A stretch of 63,983 nucleotides of DNA, the filler included, from Stramenopiles sp. TOSAG23-3 (Eukaryota), in NCBI GenBank assembly GCA_900128585.1. It is 4 parts of 4 records of this genome, joined end to end, with 100 filler letters (N's around TTAATTAATTAA, not from the genome) between each part and the next. Parts side by side here need not be neighbours in the genome. Positions count along the whole stretch, not along the records: positions 1 to 16,150 come from LT642497.1; 3 more parts are not named here. One strand, 5' to 3'. Position numbers and translations under genes: made by a program. How positions within the stretch are numbered: position 1 is the first letter of the stretch; every line of letters begins with the position of its first letter. The notes beneath the pieces were generated by a model. That model had not been told where the DNA came from and made no database searches. It saw only the letters and a list, made by a program, of their open reading frames with translations. Below are positions 1-11,949 of the stretch, one piece after another.

Positions 1-1064
1 TGTGGCAGTTGTAAATTTCATGTTGGTGTTAAGGATTTCAATAAAAATGAATAGAATCTTCTTTTCGGTTTAACAATATACTGCTCTCTTACATAATTGT
101 GGATTTATTCTCTACTCTTTTTAGTTATACGACGTGTGACTCTTCGCTTGATCCCTCCGCTTGATCTGTTAATTTTTTTTGTGCGTGTTGTGGTGGTGGT
201 GGTGGATGGTGTTTTTCTTTCTTTCTTCTTCTTCTTCTTGGTGATGTTGTGTGGTGTTGTTTCTTGTGATAGTCTCTACATTCCATACTACATCTCCTCT
301 TCTTCATCAACAATAATCACTTTTTTCGTCATTTTTTTAAAATGTGCTGACTTCATCACGAAGAATACACAATAAATAGCACAGGAATCACCGACCCAAT
401 ACATTATTGGACACTGTTATATTATTTTATTTATTTTTTAATAAATTATTATTATTATTCTTTATTACATTGTTGTACAAATTACAATGCTAATCGGATG
501 TTATTCCAATTCAGTTATTACCTTAATTACATGATAATTTAAACTGTATTGCAATGTAGCTTCATATCTATTAAGGGTCTACGGTCTAATTCAGTTAATA
601 AATTAACAGGTAATTACCATTGGTTCTATCAAACATAGACACAACCTGTCTTAGACTACGGTTTTTATTATTAACTACAGTTCTTGACCGCACTTCCTAG
701 ATGGCTACACTACGAGCCCTCGTACGAGGAGTAGCCTAGTAATAATAAATTATAATATTATTTATTATTTTATATAAATTGTAATAATATTTGTTGATCC
801 ATTTTTTTTTTATTAATAATAAAATTATTTAAAAAAAAAAAAATATTATTATTATTATTATTTCATTTTTCATCAGAGATGATGATTGTTGAAGAAAACA
901 AATGTAACACAACACATATAAAAAGAAAGATTGTGAGTAGTAATAAATTGCGCCGCTTTGTCTGGGTGCATGTTCGTATTCAGAATAGGTCGTAATTCTT
1001 CGTTACAGTTTGCGCCCGAATTTTCTTCACCTTTTCACTCTCGGTGTACAAGTTTGTGCTCCCA

Positions 1065-2072
1065 ATGAGACTTGTTACAGCGCGCAGGTTTTTGGCGGTC
1101 CTTGCGCTCTTGTCGTTTTTGAAAGTACTGAAGGATTTTACATGGTGGCAGGGGCTATACGACACGCTATACTGCTATGCAAAAATCCACCTTCGCAACT
1201 TGCTGATGACGGGGCACTTTAAGCAGCAGTTCGTTCAAAAGGAAGTCATCGTGGACGACACGGACGGCGAAACCAGCGTCGTGTGGTGGGGTAGGCGCGC
1301 CTTGCAAACGTCAAAACCCACGGGAGACAAGATTCTCTGGGTCATACTTCCGGGCGGGATGAGGGCCGGGGATAGCTTTTACACTTCCGAAGCAGTAGGA
1401 AAACTGGTCCACGGTGAAGAAGACTGGTGTGTGTTTCACAACCCAGGGATTGTGAACACGGTGTTGTCGCACCCGCCCGCACTGGTCGATACAAAGTACT
1501 TGGAATGTTTTCTCCACCGTTCCCGAGAAAAGTACGATAGGATAATTCTGCTAGGGTTCAGTGCGGGGGGGATGCTTTCCGTGGCGGCTTCGAAATTTTC
1601 AGACAAAACGGTTACCATACACTCCCCAGATATTATTCGCGAAACGTTTGAAAAGCAACGTGCGGATGGGTTCCTGGATATTTTGTTTGCTTTGTCACTA
1701 TATGGAACTATGAAGCGAAGCGGGGCGTTTTCCAGGTATAAGCCCCATAGTCCGTGGGCGTGGTTGGAAGGTTTTAAGTGGATGAAACGGTACACGGAGA
1801 GAGTGTTCCAACGGCCATGGCATGACATGGAGAATTTATGGAGCTGCAGAAATATTATTGTCGATGCAGCCGAAAGTGGAACCAAGTTGAATGTTCTTCG
1901 AGTGGTATCGGAGAATGACCCAATTGTGCCGTTCTCAACGATCGATGTAACTGCTTCCAAAAAGGCTTTGACAAAATGTTTGGTGCTGAAGAGGGGCGGA
2001 CACTGTACGGTGCCGAACCCATCTATCGAGCCCATTCGCAAGCATGCCATGAGTAAGATTGTATCATCTTGA
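1065..2072 (+). CDS. Alpha/beta hydrolase (ABHD/YheT-like esterase)
   Basis: ILPGG oxyanion region, GFSAGG nucleophile elbow, SENDPIVP acid and RGGHC histidine motifs; hydrophobic N-terminus; first ATG at 1065 in ORF 1044..2072. Confidence 0.8.
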   Translation: MRLVTARRFLAVLALLSFLKVLKDFTWWQGLYDTLYCYAKIHLRNLLMTGHFKQQFVQKEVIVDDTDGETSVVWWGRRALQTSKPTGDKILWVILPGGMRAGDSFYTSEAVGKLVHGEEDWCVFHNPGIVNTVLSHPPALVDTKYLECFLHRSREKYDRIILLGFSAGGMLSVAASKFSDKTVTIHSPDIIRETFEKQRADGFLDILFALSLYGTMKRSGAFSRYKPHSPWAWLEGFKWMKRYTERVFQRPWHDMENLWSCRNIIVDAAESGTKLNVLRVVSENDPIVPFSTIDVTASKKALTKCLVLKRGGHCTVPNPSIEPIRKHAMSKIVSS

Positions 2073-2782
2073 AACATGTCTTAATAAGATGTCAATCATT
2101 TTAAACTCGGTCGCATACGCTGCATATTTTTATGTGTTATTGTGGTAAATATTGCTAAGTCGTACAAAGATTGAAATTACAAAAGGTGCAACAAAAACAA
2201 GACGAAGCAACACATTTTAAATTCATCATTTTATTATTATTTTTTTTTACGTATAATAGTCTAATATCATAGATAATAAATATGCAATAATAAAAAATAT
2301 CTTTTTTTATATACAATTAATTCATCATCTCAGATCGATGATCAGCAGCAGGAGCACAGTGTGAAATGACGGCAGGTCCCAGGTCCGGCGTACCGGTATT
2401 AATACCTTTGTATTATACCTGTACCAGCAGGTATAAATAATATATTTAAAAATGATTTATGAAGAAGTGTCTCTTTTTATTTTTATGAGCTAACCGTTGA
2501 AGTAGTATAAATGTATGGGCAAAGGTATTATTATTATTTTGGTACCCGTACCTGTACCCCTGTAACTGTAGATCGTACCAGTAGCTGTAGCTGTAGTAGT
2601 AGTGATAAAGGAATTTGTGATGAAAGTATTATATAATAAAATATTAATTCCAATTTTACAATTTTAGGTCATCTGACACGTAAAACAAGAGTGTGAAAAA
2701 CATTTTAATATCCGTTTGGAATTTGGAAATAGACGTCTACACTTTAACGCGAATAACTGCAGAGTTATAGAATGAGGATTGG

Positions 2783-5700
2783 ATGGCGGGCTTTGCTGTG
2801 AACCAAGTGCTGTTCGATGAGCTCCAGGCTGCGGACGAGACTCTGAAAACTTCGGAGATCTCGACTCCTCGGGACGATACGATATTAAAAGCGATGAAAA
2901 ACAAGATGCAAACTGAAATTGTGAGGGGGTTAACCGTTGTATCCTTCGTCGACACGGTGGAAGAAGCCAACGTATCCATCATGGCGGCATCGATCGCGGT
3001 GTACTCATGTCGCGCTTTGCAGTCTCGGAGAAAGGTTGCGCTCATGGAGCTCTGTGGAAAGCAAACGTACGGTTTGGATGTGAACAAATTGATTAGACAC
3101 GGAAGTATACTAGTACGGAGGGAAATAATAGAAGGGCTGCGGGTAAAAGAGAACGTTAGCAAAACATTTGACTACCGGAATATCCTGAAGCGGGTGCCGG
3201 GAACAGACCATCGGAAAATCAATTACGACTTCAACTTAAATGACAGCAACAAGCCAAAGAAACTGCCTTCCATCATAGAAACCCACGCCAAGGCCCTGGC
3301 AATCTCCCTCCGCAACAACGTGCAAAACGTGACCAATAAACAAAACCACATTTCGAGCGCTTACCGTATAGATGCTTTGGGGTTGATGAAAACATATCCT
3401 GAGATTTTTTCCCGGGCGATTTCCGACGACGTGTTGCTGCAAATATTGAACCCGCTGATGGAAAACGTAACGGATGGCGGCGGTGGGGTATCCACTGCTG
3501 CGCTAGATGTGGCAACGGCATTTCTCTCTCAAGGGGTAGGGGTATCAGAAAATTTTCTGACGGAGAAAACGGACCTGGCCGCTTTTGTAACGCATTGCGT
3601 TGGTGTGCTTGAAAAGTTTAGATTAAAAATAAAAGACGGGGGCGAACACCGCAGCATTTGTTGTGCGTGCATGGACGTCTTGTCGACCAAAACGTTAGCG
3701 AAACATGCTGCAAGTCACATTGCTGTTCTCGCCCAGTTTTTGAGGTCGAGCAATAAAACGACGCAACTGGCAACTTCGATGTGCATTAAAACGATATGCA
3801 AGAAGAACCCTGATGAATCCATGAAAGAGTTGCTTGCGCTGCTAACCGACGACGACAGTGGGAAAGACACCATCGTGGCTGCACTGTACGCTCTGCGGGT
3901 GCTGGGGGCCCGCGTCTCCGAGCATGCGAAGCCGGTCATGGCTTTGGTGGAAGGCATGGAAAACGATCGGAAAGTTCGGTTAGAGGCCATGGAGACTGTG
4001 GTTGCGATACAAATAGAAGAAGTGCAGTACGCGGGGGTGAAAGCGCCTCTCATTATGTTTTTGAGGGGGCTGCTGCGGGACGAGCTGCCGGAAATAAGAT
4101 CAAAGGCACTCGACATAATCAGTCAATCGTTGGGGCCTGCAGCTATACGTTACGACAAGAATTTTGGATTTGCCCTGCGCGACGAGAACCCCTCGGTTCG
4201 CAGATCAGCGCTGAAAAGTTTAAAGCAGCTCGGCAAAGCTGCAAAGCGATTCTCCGTCCAAGTTGCCCACGCCTTGGAAGACCCGTTTTCCGACATACGT
4301 TTCCAAGCGAAAGATACCATCGTTGCTATTGATCCCCCTCCAAGCTCTGCCTCACTGTTCACTCGGAGGTTTGCGCACAAAGATGGAACGGTACGACTGG
4401 TGGCATTGAGTGCTTTCGTTGCAATTTTTGGCCAACGATTGAAAGATCACGCAAGAACGCATGCAGTGGATGTCGTGAAACTGTGGCATGACCCTGAGCC
4501 TGAAATTCGGCGCCTGGCCCTGCAATTTACATACGATCATTTGTGCGGGGAAACGCTTTTTCCCTACAACGATGACATGGCAATTGCAATCACCGACAGC
4601 GACATGCTGGCGCAAACAACCGCCGTCCAGATATTGAAAAAGAGCCCGAACCTTGACTTGGCAGCACGTTACATGCATCACATAGCGCAGCTAATCGAAG
4701 ACGATGATCCGCCAGTGCGAAACGTCATATGCGAATCGCTTCGTTCTTGTCACCGGTTTGCCGTCCAGCACGACAACAATTTGCAGAACAAGCACAAACA
4801 TGGGTTAGAAAAGTATAACCAGCTGAAGGAAGGAATGCACAGAATTCGACACGAGGCTCATGAGAAAATAAAAGGCATGCGAGGAAACAATTTAGAGTGG
4901 ATCCTGGAGCAAAGGCGGTCTTGCAGGCAGGAAATTATTGAGATGCAATCGAAAAACAGCAAATTGTCCAACCAAATTGCGGAGCAAGTTGCGGCGTACA
5001 AAGAGCTTGTGGACCAGATCAAGATGCAGCGTATCGAAAGGCGGTATGCTAGTCAGGAATTGGAGCGGATGCTGAATGAAGCGAGGGCCGGCATTGGCGA
5101 TCTAACGAAGGAAGAAGTTGTGCGCAGAACGCTAGAATCGGAGGAGAAGGAAAGGGTCCAAGAGCGAGAGCGAGCCATCAAAATGTCCGATGTTCGAAAC
5201 AAAGAACGGGATTTGATCAACATCAGAAAAAACAACGAAGTTAGAATTGAAGAATTACAAGTGCAAATGGACAAGAACGACAAACGTTACGAGCGAAAAG
5301 AGGCTGAGCTTACTCGTCGCGAAGAGGAATCCAGGGCTGTGCACTTTAATCAGGTAGGCATGCTCGAAGAAGAAACGCGAACGTTCGACATTGTGATGCG
5401 CAACGAAATACATGATTACGAAAAGTACAGAAGGATTTTAATCGCTGCTACCTCAAAGTCGCACAGCGTCCCCATTCGATTATCCGCTTTACAAGCCCTA
5501 AAGTCGGTTCACATAAAGTGGGAAGGTTGCAAGTACACAGAAGAGATTGAAAAGTGCCTTGCAATGACGGAAGTATCTCAGATTCGGAGTGCGGCAACGG
5601 ACCTACTGCTTTACGTGACGTTCCCTGACCAAGCCTACCGGTATGCGAGGCAAACGGTGCGTGATTTGCCTAAGCTGTGCTCTAAATCTCGCCAAAGTGC

Positions 5701-6157
5701 TACTGATGGTTTGATGGCCCTTGGAGCGGTAGCCACACAGCTAGGATCCCATTTCATAGGCTCCCATGGCGTTTACCCAGAAGTAGGAACATTCGCTATC
5801 AAAAGAAAGTACATTGGACCTCTGAAAATTGGGCTGGAGCAGAAGATTACAGATGTGTTTAAACTGCTCGACACGGACGGGAATGGAAGCCTGGAGAAGA
5901 AAGAGATTTCGAGAGCAATATCGCGGAGCGAAAATGTGCGAAATATTTTGCGGACGCATCCCGCTTTGGAACGGTTCCTGAAACCAAAACTGTGGCAAAA
6001 AACTTTCATGGCGATGGATACGTCCCAGGACGGTGTAGTAGAATTGGATGAATTGATTTCTTTTGTAAAGCGCACGATGGCGGGAGTCGACCCTATCGTT
6101 AGTGGGAAAACTGTAGAATTGAACAAGAAATGGATAAATTTGCCGAAGAAAATTTAA
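2783..6157 (+). CDS. HEAT-repeat protein with central coiled coil and C-terminal EF-hand pair
   Basis: 1124 aa ORF; repeated LxDxxxxVRxxA HEAT motifs; E/R/K-rich coil; EF loops DTDGNGSLEKKE and DTSQDGVVELDE. Confidence 0.8.
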   Translation: MAGFAVNQVLFDELQAADETLKTSEISTPRDDTILKAMKNKMQTEIVRGLTVVSFVDTVEEANVSIMAASIAVYSCRALQSRRKVALMELCGKQTYGLDVNKLIRHGSILVRREIIEGLRVKENVSKTFDYRNILKRVPGTDHRKINYDFNLNDSNKPKKLPSIIETHAKALAISLRNNVQNVTNKQNHISSAYRIDALGLMKTYPEIFSRAISDDVLLQILNPLMENVTDGGGGVSTAALDVATAFLSQGVGVSENFLTEKTDLAAFVTHCVGVLEKFRLKIKDGGEHRSICCACMDVLSTKTLAKHAASHIAVLAQFLRSSNKTTQLATSMCIKTICKKNPDESMKELLALLTDDDSGKDTIVAALYALRVLGARVSEHAKPVMALVEGMENDRKVRLEAMETVVAIQIEEVQYAGVKAPLIMFLRGLLRDELPEIRSKALDIISQSLGPAAIRYDKNFGFALRDENPSVRRSALKSLKQLGKAAKRFSVQVAHALEDPFSDIRFQAKDTIVAIDPPPSSASLFTRRFAHKDGTVRLVALSAFVAIFGQRLKDHARTHAVDVVKLWHDPEPEIRRLALQFTYDHLCGETLFPYNDDMAIAITDSDMLAQTTAVQILKKSPNLDLAARYMHHIAQLIEDDDPPVRNVICESLRSCHRFAVQHDNNLQNKHKHGLEKYNQLKEGMHRIRHEAHEKIKGMRGNNLEWILEQRRSCRQEIIEMQSKNSKLSNQIAEQVAAYKELVDQIKMQRIERRYASQELERMLNEARAGIGDLTKEEVVRRTLESEEKERVQERERAIKMSDVRNKERDLINIRKNNEVRIEELQVQMDKNDKRYERKEAELTRREEESRAVHFNQVGMLEEETRTFDIVMRNEIHDYEKYRRILIAATSKSHSVPIRLSALQALKSVHIKWEGCKYTEEIEKCLAMTEVSQIRSAATDLLLYVTFPDQAYRYARQTVRDLPKLCSKSRQSATDGLMALGAVATQLGSHFIGSHGVYPEVGTFAIKRKYIGPLKIGLEQKITDVFKLLDTDGNGSLEKKEISRAISRSENVRNILRTHPALERFLKPKLWQKTFMAMDTSQDGVVELDELISFVKRTMAGVDPIVSGKTVELNKKWINLPKKI

Positions 6158-6261
6158 GTCTATTATTGTGAGAGGAAAGATTTAAAGCCTAAGCTATATT
6201 GTTAAATAACAGCCAATTTTCTTGTTTTTTTTTATTGTTTTTAAAAATTATTAAAATCTCT

Positions 6262-6966
6262 TTATGCAAAAGGGTTATCGTCGCCGGAGTTGCCCCCACC
6301 GAATTTCTGAGAATTGTCCGATGCACCCCAGTTCGAATTTGATCCAAACGCATCTGGTGGTACGCCTACATCTTTGCCCGACGGTGGCTGAAACGATCCT
6401 GGACCGGAGGTTCCGGCAGCGTTAGTCTCTGGCCCAGCGTTTGCGCCAATGTTCTCCGAGTATTCTGGAAGCATGCATATGACCCACAAGTTGAACAGGG
6501 CGTTCGCCCAGGAAAGAAGGCCTGCAACCATCCCAAGGACAGAGCTGGAGAGCATTCCACCTGCGGCTTTGGCGTCCGCAGACGTTTGCTGGGGATCTGG
6601 GAGACCGAAGCATAGGCTCCCGGCGAAGATAACAAACAGAAACCTTCCATAAAATGTGTACACAAACCCGCAGTTCTTTCGATTGCAAGTGTCAATTTTC
6701 CCGAAGCCGATAGAAAATACTAGGAATATAATCCCGCACGCGATTGAGTATGTTCCGATTAGCGCAGCCTGAATAGACCTTGTGGGATTTTGGGGGATAC
6801 TTAACCAATATAGTACACCCACTAACAATATCAACGCCCCGTTTATCACATTTATCAACTTTAGCACGATCGGGTTGGTGGCGCACTTGACGCACTTTGA
6901 GCCCGCCCCTTGTGCAGAGCTGCCGCGGGCGTCTGGGGCCGCAGTTCGCTGATTGTATTGTTCCAT
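6262..6966 (-). CDS. COPI-associated / Tvp15-like Golgi membrane protein
   Basis: Four hydrophobic segments with GFVYTFYGRFLFVIFAGSL signature; acidic tail ending NPFA. Confidence 0.7.
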   Translation of the reverse strand: MEQYNQRTAAPDARGSSAQGAGSKCVKCATNPIVLKLINVINGALILLVGVLYWLSIPQNPTRSIQAALIGTYSIACGIIFLVFSIGFGKIDTCNRKNCGFVYTFYGRFLFVIFAGSLCFGLPDPQQTSADAKAAGGMLSSSVLGMVAGLLSWANALFNLWVICMLPEYSENIGANAGPETNAAGTSGPGSFQPPSGKDVGVPPDAFGSNSNWGASDNSQKFGGGNSGDDNPFA

Positions 6967-8095
6967 GACGAAATCCGTAAGTAGAAATTCGTGTCTTTGC
7001 CTGGACTAAGGTTTTGAAGTCTTAGGTAGAATAGAATATTTTCTAACCTACAATTGTTTCCTCCAATTGTCTATATGTATGGGTTTGAAAAAGGTGGATT
7101 AGTTCTAACTATGGGAACATGAGAACATTGCTTATATATTCATTCAAAAAGTTGTATTGTTGAATTTTTACTTCTTTTCTTCCTTATTATTACTTCTTCT
7201 CCTCTTCTTCTTACTACCAATATTAATAGAGACATGTATAATAACCATAAACACAATGATGTAACAACACTCAAAAAAAAAAGAAAAAAGGAAAAAAAAG
7301 AAAGAGAAAACAAAAAATAATATTCCATCTTTTTATAGTGCTGTAGTATGATGTTATAAAATTTTAAATAAATTCTCATTAGTAGGTTCTCCTGCTGTGT
7401 GCTAGTAATTATTTTGGATACAAAAACAATAATAAAATATTATGGATTCTTTTTTTAAATTGTATACTTTTTTCATAGGGTATTATTGATTTTTGAGTAT
7501 ATATATATTGTATTCTAAATATATTAATATTTGAAGGAAGGACGGAGACACGAAGTCACGGAGAATATTCAACGATATATATAGGTTATAATATTGTAGT
7601 ATAAATGATAAATAAGTACAAATATAATAATATGGAATTACTTAGGACTACGTACTGTATTAGCGAAATAATATCAAATATGAAAAAATAACAAGAACAC
7701 AGTGTGTAATATAAATAAACCACACATTTTACCGGTCTCTCTTCTTCTTTCTTCTTTCTTCTTCTTCTTCTTCTTCTTTCTTCTTCTTCTTCTTCTTCTT
7801 CTTCTTCTCCTCCTCTTCTTCTTGTTGTTTCTTCTTCTTTCTTCTTCTTCTTCTTTTCTTCTCCTCCTCTTCTTTTTTTTTCTCTTCTTTTTTTTTTTTA
7901 TTAATTTATTATTTTTTGTTATTGTGTTCTTCGAAATCTATATAATAAGAAAGAATATATATTTACAAAAATAAAGAAAGAATGAGAAAAAAGGGAGTAC
8001 AAATAGAGAAAGACAGAAAGAAAGAAAGAAAGAAAACAAAGGCAGATATTGGATGACTTTATTTTATTAAAGGACCATCTCTCTTTTAAGCTTTA

Positions 8096-9646
8096 ATGTT
8101 TCGAGTAGTAGCCGCAACGAAGTTTACGAAAGGGTTGCTGCGGCAACCGGTTCCGTCGAGAACGCGGGCGGTGCGGTTTCGTCAACTGTCTTCTTCCAAG
8201 CCGGAGGACGGGAAGACTGGGGAAACTAAACATTTCAAGCCTACGAATGAGTACCAACATGTTGAAGACAACCACGTATGTCCTCCCGGCCTCGAATACA
8301 AGATTGATGTCACGACAAACGTGAAGATGGCACGAATTCTACAGAACAAGGAAGTCCCGGGAACCCCCGGAGTAGAAGACACCGCAAGCGTTGGGGAAAA
8401 TAGCGGTAAACCGCCACCTCCGCCACCTCGAAAATCGAAGCGAAAGAAAGGCAGATTGGGGGCTAGTAAAGCAGAGTACATGAAAAGACTCGAGGACGCC
8501 CAGGGAGAAAAATCAGTGTTTGAACGGATGAAAAAGAACAAACAGGCACCAACCCCGCCGTCAGCGCCTTCCAAAACGGCCGAGAAAGAGACAGCCAAGG
8601 CAGCCGCACCACCGAGTGCGCCGACAACGGGCAAGGCAGCGGGGGGCAAAGTTTCTCATGCAGCGGGAAAGTCGAAGAAAGAGGGGGCGGTAGAGATCGG
8701 TGATGCTGCCCAGGAAAGTACGGGTAAGAATGGGGTGGGGATAGCAGGCGGTTTGATTTTGTCGTTGCTGGTTGCTGCGGGGGGGTATGCATGGTACAAG
8801 AAGGACGACGACGAGTTCGTCGATGAGCTTCCTTCTGCTTTGAGGTCCATCTTCTCTGGGCCATCCGACGATAGTAACCCTACCTTCGATTCTCTGGAAG
8901 ATTATGAAAGGTGGAAGAAAAAGAACCAGTACAATATGGATAACAAGGAAGGAGGTGGGGCAAGCAGCGGGGCAAGCAGCGGCTTGTCTCTGGTAGAAAG
9001 GGAGCGGCGCGGGGAGAAACTCACCATGAAAGAACGGTTGAAGATGTACGAGGAAGGGCTTGTAGAAATTGATGTACCCAGCGTCACGTCGACTTCGAAG
9101 GATGCATCAAATGCTCTGCCGACCGAGGCGGCTGAAGAAACGTCAGACAATATTGGAGACGATCCCGACGATGCTGGAAACGATGCCGACGACGCTGAAA
9201 ATTATGCTGCCGCCCCGTCGAACGATACAGTCGTAGATGACGCCAGCCCCACAATACCGGAAAAGCAAGACACCCGTACGGATATCTCACCGCACGTAAA
9301 ACCGCTGGAGAAACCGAAATGGATGCGAGAGAGAGACGGGGATGACATTTTAGAAAGTTCAAAAAGCTTGATTGAATCCGGAAAATTGTCAAATGTCGAA
9401 GAAGAAGTTCGGCAAAATTTGGATGCGAAACAAACGATTATTAACGGTTTGAATAATATTTTGGCAAGGAAACGGGAAGAAGAGAGGGTATACCGTCGTA
9501 GAATTGGGATAAGATCAAAAAGCACGCTCTTTGCATCCGCTCCTAAACACGGTAGAAATGCTGAAGAAACCGCTGTCTTGCAAAAGTTTGCACAAGAGAA
9601 GGCAGCGCTCAAACAAAGAATCAAAGAAGTGAGAGCCCAACACTAA
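8096..9646 (+). CDS. Predicted mitochondrial single-pass membrane protein, unknown function
   Basis: Arg-rich, acid-free N-terminal presequence (MFRVVAATKF...RFRQLSS); one TM (GIAGGLILSLLVAAGGYAWY); acidic low-complexity region and C-terminal coil. Confidence 0.65.
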   Translation: MFRVVAATKFTKGLLRQPVPSRTRAVRFRQLSSSKPEDGKTGETKHFKPTNEYQHVEDNHVCPPGLEYKIDVTTNVKMARILQNKEVPGTPGVEDTASVGENSGKPPPPPPRKSKRKKGRLGASKAEYMKRLEDAQGEKSVFERMKKNKQAPTPPSAPSKTAEKETAKAAAPPSAPTTGKAAGGKVSHAAGKSKKEGAVEIGDAAQESTGKNGVGIAGGLILSLLVAAGGYAWYKKDDDEFVDELPSALRSIFSGPSDDSNPTFDSLEDYERWKKKNQYNMDNKEGGGASSGASSGLSLVERERRGEKLTMKERLKMYEEGLVEIDVPSVTSTSKDASNALPTEAAEETSDNIGDDPDDAGNDADDAENYAAAPSNDTVVDDASPTIPEKQDTRTDISPHVKPLEKPKWMRERDGDDILESSKSLIESGKLSNVEEEVRQNLDAKQTIINGLNNILARKREEERVYRRRIGIRSKSTLFASAPKHGRNAEETAVLQKFAQEKAALKQRIKEVRAQH

Positions 9647-10300
9647 CTTGGTCATAATATATTTGTTTTTCTCAGCTACCTCGGGTGGTGGTAATTTGGT
9701 TTTTAAAAAACAAATTATAAACAAGAAAATTGGATAGGTAATTTGGTTATATATCAAATTCCAAAATGTCCTTTTTACGCCTTTGAAACTTGGACAATAT
9801 CTCCTTTTGTTCTTCTTCTACGCGGTCTTTGAGAGACTTTTCGTCGAGACTCTCTCCTGGCGCTTGTTTTCGCTTTTCTATATATAATAATATTGTCTGA
9901 GCAGGGGACCTCTTATTTGAAATAAGAGCCTCTTATTTCTCTAATGGTGTGTAGTATTAGTGTTACATTTGCTGTGTGGTGTAAAACGCAAAACTCTTAT
10001 TTGACATATGTACTAGTTTGTATACTAAAAAACACTCATAGGGGTCCGAGAAGAATCGATTTGATAGTAGTACGGTACAGGTATAGTAAGAAGAAAAATA
10101 ATAATAATAATTCTCTCCCCTTCTTCTTCCTCCTCCCCATCCTCCGACCAATTTAGTGAAGAGGATAATTTTAGTAACACAATAACTCACAATCCATGCT
10201 GGGTTTCCGAAGTATTGCAAAATTGCCGTTAACCAACAAGTCAGGGATTTTACCATACTGCTGCTCGAAAGTGGACAGCATTCACTTAATAAATTAGAGA

Positions 10301-11011
10301 ATGGGAGCCTTCCGAATTCTTCTCTGTGTATATGCAGCACTTGTCTTCACCGTCTGCAAGGACACCCATGCATTGAAGTGGACACCGCCTCGGTACAACA
10401 AAACCGTTTGGACTGCGTTCCGATCCAAAGAGCTGCTGACGCCGTACAAGAATCTCACGTCGGATCCCTACAAAATGTCGCATTTTAATACTACGAGGAG
10501 CGGGGTATGTGGGGTGGAGTATTCTGACGGGTCTAGAAAGTCATACAATCTAAGAACCTTCCCGGACGTAAACAGTGCCCAAAAAGCCGGGGCTTTCCTA
10601 ACCCATCTCGGAGGTTGCAGCCTGTGCTCGACATTGCAAGACCTTTCCGTGTACATGGAACATTTCAACTTGACTGCCCCAGTCAGAAAGTGTGGTATAA
10701 AGGGGTTCGTATCCAAGAAAAAAAACATGGAGTGTCTTTTGCAGCTCGGCTTTACCTACCCGTGCGCCACCATCTGGCTCGACAACTCGCAAAACACAAA
10801 ACAGAAATGCTTGGTCCCGTGCTTGAAAGATTGGAACAAGCCGTACAACCTACCAAATGGCACGCTGAACAAGTGTTTAGAGTGTGACGAAGAAAAGAGT
10901 GGGCCAATCTTCAAAAAGGTTGCCGCACGAACTCGTAGGGATTCTGGGTTAGAATCTGCAATTGAACGCCCACCTTCTAGCATTGCACATATTTTGCATT
11001 ACTACTATTGA
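10301..11011 (+). CDS. Secreted Cys-rich protein of a conserved protist family, unknown function
   Basis: Signal peptide; motifs THxGxCSLCSTLQDL, CLECDEEKSGPIF, RTRRDSG recognised as a recurrent protist family; N-glycosylation sequons. Confidence 0.7.
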   Translation: MGAFRILLCVYAALVFTVCKDTHALKWTPPRYNKTVWTAFRSKELLTPYKNLTSDPYKMSHFNTTRSGVCGVEYSDGSRKSYNLRTFPDVNSAQKAGAFLTHLGGCSLCSTLQDLSVYMEHFNLTAPVRKCGIKGFVSKKKNMECLLQLGFTYPCATIWLDNSQNTKQKCLVPCLKDWNKPYNLPNGTLNKCLECDEEKSGPIFKKVAARTRRDSGLESAIERPPSSIAHILHYYY

Positions 11012-11664
11012 TATAAGCTGTTCTACTCATTTTGTTTATTACCCGTATAGTGTACGTAGCATATAGTATTGAAGGGATTCAATAATTATTTAAATTGTAC
11101 TTTTATATCATATATTTTATATAGTACTAATTTAAAATTCAATGCTTTTCATTATATTACAATAATATTGTACTAATAATATGTTTCTTAATTTTTAATA
11201 CTATTTTTTCTATTTAATTATTTAAATATAAGTACAATACTAGCGGACCATTCGTTTTTTCCAACACAACAACAACAACAAGAACAAACAAACAAACAAA
11301 TTGTATTTGTTGTTGTGTTTTATCCGAAGGTATTATAATAAATAAGGAAAAAATTTTAGTTAATTTCTGCTACTACTACTACTACTGAGGCAATCCGAAG
11401 AAGAAAGTAAAATAATCCCAATAACAATAATAGATAGAGATTCGAATAGAATGGAAAAAAAAGGAGTCACTTTATATCTTTAACATAAAGGAAAAAAATA
11501 AGCATTTAATCTGTAAGTAGGTCCTATTTTCTTCACTTAAGTTTAGTTTGAAATCTTACATTGTTCAATCGTATTGTACACTGTTGGACTTTTGTAGTTG
11601 AATTGTTTTTTAGGAACAAGAGTTCGAAGTGGTCGTGCGTATACATTGTAAAAGAGGTACGGAC

Positions 11665-11949
11665 ATGGCTGAAGACGCTGGCAAACGGGTTTTGCCTTTG
11701 GAGACTATTGATAACTGTGTAGGACAACAGGTTTGGATTATTATGAAGAACGACAAAGAGATTGTGGGTACACTTCGGGGTTTTGATGATTACGTTAACG
11801 TTGTCTTGGAAGACGTTACCGAGTATGAAGTTACAGCGGACGGGAAGCAGACGACGAAGCTTTCTTCCATTCTTTTGAACGGCAACAATATCTGCATGAT
11901 GGTCCCAGGCGGAAAAGACCCGAATACGACCAAACCGTACAAGGTTTAA
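11665..11949 (+). CDS. LSM5: U6 snRNA-associated Sm-like protein LSm5
   Basis: [11 protein letters not shown]...[29 protein letters not shown]...[15 protein letters not shown] is the LSm5 signature; ATG at 11665. Confidence 0.95.
   Translation: MAEDAGKRVLPLETIDNCVGQQVWIIMKNDKEIVGTLRGFDDYVNVVLEDVTEYEVTADGKQTTKLSSILLNGNNICMMVPGGKDPNTTKPYKV

Noticed and set aside
7702-7974. Poly-Phe/Leu or poly-Lys/Glu/Arg ORFs in intergenic tracts (also 97-375, 60619-60907, 61949-62158)
   Set aside because: Products of CTT/GAA microsatellites
9910-9938. CTCTTATTT inverted/direct triplet
   Set aside because: Too short and single-copy in this window to call a MITE or binding site
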